Assembly (NCBI GenBank): GCA_019747795.1 | Contig: JAIEQK010000118.1 | Span: 1-63,160 of the forward strand | Origin: Gammaproteobacteria bacterium | GTDB taxonomy: Bacteria; Pseudomonadota; Gammaproteobacteria; Ga0077536 | Direction: 5' to 3' | Length of the DNA: 63,160 bases | Shown here: in pieces, positions 29,658 to 38,600 of the stretch | Layout of the letters: the number at the start of each line of letters is the position of its first letter | How positions within the stretch are numbered: the first letter of the stretch is position 1 | The notes under the pieces: generated by a model | Seen by the model: only the letters and a program-made list of their open reading frames with translations | Databases searched by the model: none | Told to the model about the DNA's origin: nothing | Translations under genes and position numbers: made by a program

Positions 29658-31289
29658 GTGCTGAAAGCCTTCCTGTCGGCGTTTGCCATTGCCACCTGCT
29701 GGGCCGGAGCCGCGCATGCGGAAGAGGCGCCGCCCATGCACATTTCGGTCAAGGAATTCCGCATCGAGGGCGACAATCCCCTCGGCACCGGGGCTTACGA
29801 GGCGGTACAGCCCTTTCTCGGCGAGTACGACGATGTCGAGGCGATCAGCGCGGCGCTGGATGCGTTGAACTCCGCGCTTGCCAAGGGCGGTTACCGCTTC
29901 CATCGCGCCACCCTGCCGCCCGAGCAGTTCGCCGACACCGGCACGCTGGTCATCAAGATCCTGCCGCTCCCGATCAGCAAGGTCGACGTCAAGGGCGCGC
30001 GCTACACGAGCCCACAAGCTGTCGAGCGCAGCCTGAGTGCGCTCAAGAGCGGCGCGACGCCGAATACCCAGGAAGTCTCACGCGACCTGGCGGTCGCCAA
30101 TGAGCATCCCTCCAAACACCTGAAGGTCAACTTCCGCGAGAGCGAGGAGACGCCGGACAGTCTCGACGCGGTGGTGACCGTCGAAGAGCAGAAGCCCTGG
30201 TCGGTGTTCGCGCAGATCAACAACATCGGCAGCGAGGCCAGCACCAATTCCCCGCCCGGCCTCGGCAACATCGACTCGGGTGACAACGCCGGCACCGGCC
30301 GCACCCGTCTGACCACCGGCGGCCAGTACAACAACCTGACCCGGCACGACGACATCCTCCTGGGCGCGGTCACCACCTCGCCCGACAACGCCGATGACGT
30401 GCTGCAGTACATGGCGTCCTACCAGTTGCCCATCTATCGCCTGGACGGCTGGCTGAACGCCTTCTACGTGAAGTCCACGGTCGACGTGCAGGGCGTGCAG
30501 AACGCTTTCGATATCGAGGGCGCCGGCGTCTTCTACGGCCTCAATTTCAAGCGTCAGCTGATGAACATCGGGCGCTACCGCCACAGCTTCACCATCGGCG
30601 TGCAGGATCGTTTCTTCGACACTGCCATCGCTACCTCCGCCACCGGACTGCGCATTCCGGCGCTGAGCACCAAGGTGCGCAGCCGGCCGTTCTCCTTCCG
30701 CTATGACGGCGGCTACGTGTGGGATACGACCAGCCTCGACTTCTACTGGGAAGTCGATCGCAACCTCGAGATGGGCGAGCACAACAATCGCATCGACTAC
30801 GCCCTGGTGCGGGCACCCGCGAAGCCGGGCTGGACGGCGGCCAAGTTCGGCTCGCTGCTCACCCAGCGCCTGCCGCGCGGCTACATGGGCCTAGCGCGCA
30901 TGACCGCGCAGTTCGCCGACGAGGCGCTCATTCCCGGCGAGCAGCTCGGTGTGGGCGGCTACCGCTCAGTGCGCGGCTTCGAGGAGCGCACGGTGGCGGG
31001 TGACAAGGGCGTCATCCTGAATTTCGAAGTGTGGACGCCGCCCGTCCAACGCCTGATGGGCACGCGTTTCCTGGGCTTCGTCGACGTCGGTCACAAGGCC
31101 CTGGTCGACCCGGTGATCGGACAGCGTCAGAACGACACCCTGTCCAGCATCGGCGTCGGCGCGCGCTGGCAGTGGCGCAATCAATTGGTGTTTTCGGTGG
31201 ACTATGGATTGCCGCTCGCATCCGCGGACGGCGAGGCATCGGATCGGGGCAATTCGAAATGGCATCTAGACCTCTCGTACCGCTACTGA
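29658..31289 (+). CDS. TpsB (ShlB/FhaC/HecB family) outer-membrane secretion partner
   Basis: Signal peptide (AAHA|EE), POTRA-like FRIEG.N...GY, NEHPSK, EQLGVGGYRSVRGF (VRG motif) and C-terminal beta-signal LDLSYRY. Confidence 0.88.
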   Translation: MLKAFLSAFAIATCWAGAAHAEEAPPMHISVKEFRIEGDNPLGTGAYEAVQPFLGEYDDVEAISAALDALNSALAKGGYRFHRATLPPEQFADTGTLVIKILPLPISKVDVKGARYTSPQAVERSLSALKSGATPNTQEVSRDLAVANEHPSKHLKVNFRESEETPDSLDAVVTVEEQKPWSVFAQINNIGSEASTNSPPGLGNIDSGDNAGTGRTRLTTGGQYNNLTRHDDILLGAVTTSPDNADDVLQYMASYQLPIYRLDGWLNAFYVKSTVDVQGVQNAFDIEGAGVFYGLNFKRQLMNIGRYRHSFTIGVQDRFFDTAIATSATGLRIPALSTKVRSRPFSFRYDGGYVWDTTSLDFYWEVDRNLEMGEHNNRIDYALVRAPAKPGWTAAKFGSLLTQRLPRGYMGLARMTAQFADEALIPGEQLGVGGYRSVRGFEERTVAGDKGVILNFEVWTPPVQRLMGTRFLGFVDVGHKALVDPVIGQRQNDTLSSIGVGARWQWRNQLVFSVDYGLPLASADGEASDRGNSKWHLDLSYRY

Positions 31290-32629
31290 AGCGTCGCGTC
31301 TCCGGGTTCACCCGACTCCTGGCCGCGTTCGCCGCGGCCGGTCTGCTGACGGCGGGCGCCGAAGCCGCCGGCAAGGCCGGTGACGTCGCCATCGCCCACG
31401 GCGTGGTGACCGCCCACACCAGCGGCGGCCCGGTACACCTCCTGGGCTCGGGCTCGGCGGTGAACGAGGGCGACGTGGTGACCACCGGTACGCGCAGCGT
31501 GGCGATGCTGAAGATGGCCGACGGCACGCGCATCACCTTGCGCCCGCAGTCGGCCTTCCAGGTCGCCAAGTACCAGGTCGCGGAGAACGCCGAAGAGGGC
31601 CTCATGACCCTCTTCAAGGGCGGTCTGCGCGCGGTCACCGGTTTCATGAGCAAGCGCAATCCGAACGCCATGCGCCTGCGCACCGCGGTCGCCACCATCG
31701 GTATCCGCGGCACCGAGTTCGACGCGCGCCTGTGCGGCGCGGACTGCGCGGCCGAAGCGCGCCTGCGGCCGGTGCCGGCCGGACGCGCCGGGTTTCTGAA
31801 GGGCGACGTCATGGTGCAGACGGCCGGCGGTCACGCCCACCCGCTGGTCTCGGGCGGCCCGATACATAATGGCGACACCGTCATCACATCGCCGGATTCC
31901 TTCGCGGTGCTGGTGTTCCTCGACAAGAGCCGCGTGACGCTGCTGCCCAAGACCGAGTTCCGCGTCGAACGGGTCGAGATGGCGATCGCCGAGCCGGAGC
32001 GCGGTACCAGCATCTTCAACCTGCTGCGCGGCGGCCTGCGCGCGGTGTCCGGCCTGGTCGGTCATCGCGGCCGGGGCTACCAGATGCGCACCGCGGTGGC
32101 GACCATCGGTATCCGCGGCACCGCCTGGGACGCGGTCTGCGAAGGCGCCTGCGTCAACACCGATCCCAATGCCACCCAGGGTGACGGCCTCTACACCCAG
32201 GTCACCAGCGGCGCGATCACCCTCGACGACACCTTCGTGGTGGAGGAGGGCCAAACCATGTTCCTCGGCAACGCCGGTAATACACCGCAGCCGGTGCCGT
32301 CCCTGCCCATTACCATCACCGAACCGACGCCGGACAGCGTCGAGGTGCCGGAAACGCCACCGGCGCCCAGCTCGACCGATCCGCAGGACGGACTGTACGT
32401 GAGCTGCTACTCGGGCATCTGCGCGGTGCAGACCGAGGACAACACCATCGAACTCGGTGAAGGCCAGGCGAGCCATGTCGGGAACCAGGGCGGCCCGGCG
32501 ACGCAACTCACGGAAGTCCCGCCCTTCCAGGCCGAGGACCCGGTGTTCCAGGCCGTCGAGGCCGGTGGCAACGTCAACAAGCTGAACGAGTCCCTGAACG
32601 CTGGAGGTCTCGAATGCACGGTTCGCTGA
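31259..32629 (+). CDS. Exported protein with two tandem FecR-like domains
   Basis: Probable ATG 31259 (MASRPLV...), overlapping tpsB; signal-like LLAAFAAAGLLTAGAEA. Two copies of GD.V.T...D..R.TL.P...F.V...GGLRAV.G...RTAVATIGIRGT. Start uncertain. Confidence 0.78.
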   Translation: MASRPLVPLLKRRVSGFTRLLAAFAAAGLLTAGAEAAGKAGDVAIAHGVVTAHTSGGPVHLLGSGSAVNEGDVVTTGTRSVAMLKMADGTRITLRPQSAFQVAKYQVAENAEEGLMTLFKGGLRAVTGFMSKRNPNAMRLRTAVATIGIRGTEFDARLCGADCAAEARLRPVPAGRAGFLKGDVMVQTAGGHAHPLVSGGPIHNGDTVITSPDSFAVLVFLDKSRVTLLPKTEFRVERVEMAIAEPERGTSIFNLLRGGLRAVSGLVGHRGRGYQMRTAVATIGIRGTAWDAVCEGACVNTDPNATQGDGLYTQVTSGAITLDDTFVVEEGQTMFLGNAGNTPQPVPSLPITITEPTPDSVEVPETPPAPSSTDPQDGLYVSCYSGICAVQTEDNTIELGEGQASHVGNQGGPATQLTEVPPFQAEDPVFQAVEAGGNVNKLNESLNAGGLECTVR

Positions 32630-35600
32630 AAATCACCCGCCGCCGTGGCGGCCAGGTGCTGTCATTCGTCACTGGTCTGATCGCGAGCGTCGGCGCCAGT
32701 GCCAACCCGGTCGGGCCGACGGTTGTGAACGGCAGTGTCGCATTCGCCAACCCGAATCCGCGCACCCTCGAGATCACCAATTCGCCCTCGGCGATCATCA
32801 ACTGGCAGTCCTTCGACATCGGCGCGCGCGAGACCACGCGCTTCATCCAGCAGAATGCCGCCAGCACCGTCCTGAACCGCGTCACCACCGGCAACAGCTC
32901 CGAGATCCTCGGCAACCTGGTGTCCAATGGCCGCGTGTTCCTGATCAACCCCGCCGGCATCCTCATCGGGCGCGAAGGCTCGGTCGACACCGCGGGCGTG
33001 CTGCTCTCGACCCTGCAGATCGATGACCAGGACTTCCTGCAGGGCAAGCTCGCGTTCAACGCCGAGCCCGGCAGCGCCGGCATCGTCAACCAGGGCTACA
33101 TCAAGACCGCGCCGGGCGGTGAAGTGGTGCTCATCGCGCCGCGTATCGAGAACGGCGCGAACGGGGTCATCGAGAGCCCGAATGGCGACCTGGTGCTCGC
33201 CGCTGGGTCGTCGATCACCATCGCGAGCCTGGACGACCCTGACATCACCTTCGACGTGCGCGCGCCCGACAACGAGGTGATCAACTTGGGCCAACTCTTG
33301 GCCAAGGGCGGCACCGCCAGCATCCTGGCGGGCACCATCCGCCATTCGGGCGAGATCAACGCGGATTCACTTGGTCGCGACGCCAACGGCCGCATCGTGC
33401 TCAAGGCCTCGAAGCGGGTGGAACTCGCGGCGGGCAGCAGCGTGCATGCCAACGGCAATCGCGACACCGACGGCGGCAGCATCGAGGTCGATGCGCGCAA
33501 CGCCCAGGGCGATGCCCAGGTCGACGCGCTGGGCCAGGTGCGCGCCAATGGCGCGAGCGGCGGTCGCGTGACCCTGCGCGGCGACAGCGTGCTGGTCGAT
33601 GGCGACATCGCCGCGGCCGGCGCCACCACCGGTGGCGCAATCGTGGTCAAGTCCAACGACGCCACCATCGCGACTGTCAATGCGGACCTGAATGCCAGCG
33701 GTGGCGAAGGCGCCGGCGGGCGCGTGCTGGTCGACGGCGGCGACAGCGTGTTTTCTTCGGCCACCATGCGCGCCAACGGGCAGCGCGGCGGCACGGTGCG
33801 CGTGCTGGGCGACGACGTCGCCCTGGCCGCGGCGAACATCTCGGTGGCCGGCGAGAACGGCGGCGGCAAGGTGCGCATCGGTGGTGGCTTCCAGGGTGGC
33901 GAAGGTCTGCCCGGGTCGAACAAGACCACCATCAACGACACGACGCGCATCAATGCCGATGCGACGGTCAAGGGCAACGGCGGCGACGTCGTCGTCTGGT
34001 CGGACGGCAAGACCGCCTTCTCCGGCACGATCCGCGCGCGCGGCGGCGCCGAGGGCGGCGACGGCGGTCAAGTGGAAGTCTCCGGCAAGAAGGGCCTGGG
34101 TTACGACGGCACGGTGCTGCTCAGCGCTGCCAAGGGTGAAGACGGCACCCTGCTGATGGACCCGAAGAACATCCGCTTCACCTCGGCCACGTTGAAGGGC
34201 TTGCCGGTCAGGCTGCTGGATCCTCACCCGGGGTCCGGCAACCGCTTCGCAGAGCGCTTGCAGTTCTTCCGGGCGGATGGCTCGCGCACCAATCAGGGCA
34301 GCGAATCATCCACCATCGTGGTGTACGACGAACTCGACGACTTCGGCGGCGCCGACGCCGGCGCGGTTTACGTATTCCGGAGCTCGGACGGCGCGCTGGT
34401 CAGTCAGTTGCACGGCGTCGCCGCGGGCGACCTCGTGGGCGAGAGCACGCTCGATACCAATGACATTCCCGGGGTCGCGATTCTCGATTCCGACGCCTGG
34501 GGCGGTGGCCGTGGCGCGTTGACTGTGTTCAATCCCGTCACCGGTCTGAGCGGCGCCGTGACAGCGGCCAACAGCCTGGTCGGTGCGAGTGTCGGTGATG
34601 ACGTGGGCGACGCGTCGATCGACGACCTTGGCAGCGGCCTGTTCGTGGTCCGCAATCCTGACTTCAACGGTGGCGCGGGTTCGGTGACCTTCGCCACGAC
34701 CACTACGCTGCGTGGCGTCGTGTCTTCCAGCAACAGCCTGGTGGGCGCGAGCGCCGGTGAGTTCGTCGGCAACTCGACGCTGCGCAACCTGGGCGGCGGC
34801 AATTACGCGGTCGTCAGTCCCAATTTCAACAGCAACGCCGGCGCCATCACTTTCACCAACGGCCGCGACGCGCGCGCCACGGGCGTGATCGGCAGCAGCA
34901 ACAGCCTGGTCGGCGCCAACCCGGGCGACGGCCTCGGCAGTTCCGTGGTCAACATGGGCGGCGGGCGCTTCTATTCCCGCAGCGACAATGGCGGCCTGGG
35001 TTCGGTGACTTTCTTCGGCGCTGGCACGAGCTTCACCGGCACGGTCGATCAGACCAACAGCCTGGTCGGTTCGATCTCCGGCGACGACGTCGGCGACAGC
35101 ATCAACCAACTCGGCTCGAGCGGCATCTGGGCGGTGCAGAGCCGTAACTGGCAGGGCGGCGTCGGCGCAGTGACCTGGGTCAACGCGGCGACCGGCATCA
35201 CCGGCACGGTGGACTCGACCAACAGCCTGCTCGGCACCGCGGTCGGCGATCTCGACGTCAGCTTCTTCAGCAGTTTCCGCAATACCACAGGCAACAAGTT
35301 CCTGCTGTTCAGCGACAACGGCGGCAAGGGCTCGGTCACGTTCGTCGACCCGGCCAATTTTGGTGCCATGCCGCGCGGCGTGATCGACTCGACCAACAGC
35401 TTGGTCGGCGCGGCCGTGGGCGACAAGATCGGTTTCGATGCCAACAACGCGCCGAACAACTTCCAGTTCGTGCCCGGCCACTACGCGATCCTGAGCCCGC
35501 AGTTCAATGGCGGCGCGGGTGCCATCACCTTTGGCGACTTCACCACCGGTGTGAGTGGTGTGGTGAGTGCGAGCAATAGTCTCGTCGGCGCGGGTGCCGG

Positions 35601-38600
35601 GGCCGGCGTGGGTGCCACTGGCATCACCAACGCGGGCTTCGGCCTCGGCTTCGTCCGCAGCAGCAACAACACCGCGGGCGCGGTTACCTTCATCAACTTC
35701 TCGGCCGTACCGGTCGGCGTGGTCGACGCGAGCAACAGCCTGGTGGGCAACGCGCCCGGCGACCAGGTCGGCAACGGCGGCATCAACTTCGTCGGCGGCA
35801 GCGTCTACGCAGTGAGCAGCCCGAACTGGGCGACGCTTGGCGGCCTGACCAATGCGGGCGCGGTGACCCTGGTGGACATGTCCACCGGCCACCTGATGGG
35901 CACGTCCAGCGCCGCGGTGGGCGCGGTGGACGCCAGCAACAGCCTGGTGGGGACGGCGGCGGGTGACCAGGTCGGTAGTGACGGCGTCGACTACATGTAC
36001 ACCGGCGCGAGCGCCGACTTCTACGGCGTGCGCAGCTCGCACTGGAGCGACGGCGGCGCCCTGACCGATGCGGGCGCGATCACCTGGTTCACGCTCAACA
36101 ACCCGCTGAACGGCGCGGTGAGCGCGAGCAACAGCCTGGTGGGCAGCAGCAGCGGCGACGTCATCGGCGAGGGCAATGTATCCACCGGCGGCATCGGCTT
36201 CAGCAGCACCGGCGTGTACCAGCCCTTCAACCTGTTCCAGAACGGCGGTCAGGCGCTGTTCTTCAGTGAGACGGTCAACAGCAACGGCGGCGCGGTGATC
36301 CTGTTGGACGGCACCACGCCGACCACCGGACCGATAGGCATCGCCAGCGCGCTGTTCGGCGGCACCGCCAACGATCAGATCGGCAGCGGCGGTATCTTCG
36401 TCACCCAGACTCACTTGGTGGTGATGAGCCCCAATTTCGACGACTTCAGCAACGCCGACGCCGGCGCCGTCACCATCGCCAGTCTCGGCGGCGGCCTGGC
36501 CGGCTTCGTGTCCAGCAGCAACAGCCTCGTGGGTGACACCACCGGTGACAGGATCGGTAGCGGTGGCATCAGCCGGCCGAACACCGAGAACCAATTCATC
36601 GTCTTCAGCCCGGACTGGCACGGGACTACCGGCGCCATCACCTACATCGATCTCGATGTCGGCCACCTGGCCAACGACACAGACTTCGTCGGCGCGGTCG
36701 GCACGAGCAACAGCCTGGTCGGCAGCGCGCCGGGCGACTTTGTCGGCGACAACGGTCTCGAACTCAACATGACCGGCGACAAGGTGCTGATCAGCAGCCC
36801 GGACTGGAACGGCACCCGCGGTGCGGTGACCTATCTCGATCTCAACACCGGGTTGTTCGGCGGCACCGGCGGCACGCTGGCCGGTGTCATCGACGAGACC
36901 AACAGCCTGGTCGGACGTACCGCGGGCGACGCGGTCGGCAGCGCCGGCAGCGACATGTGGTTCGGCAACAGCGACACCTTCTACGTGGTGTTCAGCCCGC
37001 TGGCGGACAACACCACGGCCTCGGTCGTGGACGCGGGCGCGGTCACCATCGCTGACATCAATTCAGGCGTGAAGGGCTTCGTCGACGACAACACCGTGAG
37101 CCTGGTGGGCACCAATGCCAACGATCGTATCGGCCTCGGTGGCGACTACCAGTTCCTGACCGGCGACCAACTGCTGCTCGAAAACACCCAGTGGAATAGC
37201 AATCGTGGCGCACTGACCTTCATCGACCTCGCCAACCAGTCGAATTTCGTCGGTGACGTCAATGCGAGCAACAGCCTGGTCGGCAGCACCGCAGGCGACA
37301 ACGTAGGCTCCTCCGGCATCACGTTCCTGGACAATAATCTCTACGCAGTGCGCAGCCCGAACTGGAACAACGGTGGTTCGATTGCCGACGCCGGCGCGAT
37401 CACCTGGGGTAACCGCAGCACCGGCGTGGTCGGCGTGCTCGACAGCAGCAACAGCCTGTTCGGCTCGCACGTGGGCGACTTCGTCGGGTCCTCGCCTCCG
37501 GTCGACCGCACGGGCTCGATCTACACCATCACCACCACAAACTGGGACGGTGGAAAGAGCGCGCTGACCATCTTCGACATCAACCAGGGGCTGCCGACGG
37601 GCGAGGTCGACACGACCAACAGCCTGCTCGGCTCCACGATCGGCGACAACATCGGCAGCGGCGGCCTCTCCTTTTTCAACGTCAATGGCCAGATGTCGGT
37701 CGTGGTTCGTAGCCCAAGCTGGGACAACGGTGCGGCCGCCAATGCTGGCGCCATCACGGTTTCCACGCCGGGCACCGTGCCTGTCGGCTTGGTGGGCGCG
37801 GGCAACAGCCTTGTCGGTTCGACCAGCAACGACGTCATCGGCAACGGCGGCATATTCACCGTCGGCAGCGGCACGGCCACGCGCCTAGTCGTGATGAGCC
37901 AGAACTGGGACAACGGCGCCGCGGTCGACGCTGGTGCAATCACGACCTTCCGTCTCACCAACCCGACACGGGGCGCCGTCAGCAGCGCCAACAGCCTGGT
38001 CGGCTCTACCAGCGGCGACCGAGTCGGCTTCACCTTCCGCAATCTGTCCAGCGGACTGATGGCCTTCAACGCTCCCAACTGGAACGCCAATCGCGGCGCC
38101 ATCACGTTCTGGAACCAGACCAGCAATCTGACCGGCACGGTAGGCGCGGGCAACAGCCTGCTTGGCGCATTCGCCGGCGACGCGCTGAACGTCAACAACT
38201 TCTCGACCTTCAGCGAATTCGGCAACGGCAACCAGATCCTGTTCAGCAACTTCGGCGGAGCGGGCTCGTGGACCTTCATCAAGGGCACGACGCCGCCGAC
38301 CGGCGTGATCTCCGCAGCCAACAGCCTGGTCGGCAGCCGCGCCGGGGACCTCATCGGCAGCCAGCTGCGCTTCGTGAGCGGCACGCAGTACGGCATCTTC
38401 AGCCCGGGTTGGGACAATGGCCCCGCGGTGGATGCCGGCGCCATCACCATGTTCAATTCGGCGACCGGCAACATCGCTGGCACCACCGACAGCCTGGTTG
38501 GCAACATCAGCCAGGCGAACAGCCTGGTCGGGCAATTCGCGAACGACCGGGTGGGCGACACCTCCCGCGGCAATCCCTTCTCGATGTTCACTGTGGGCGA

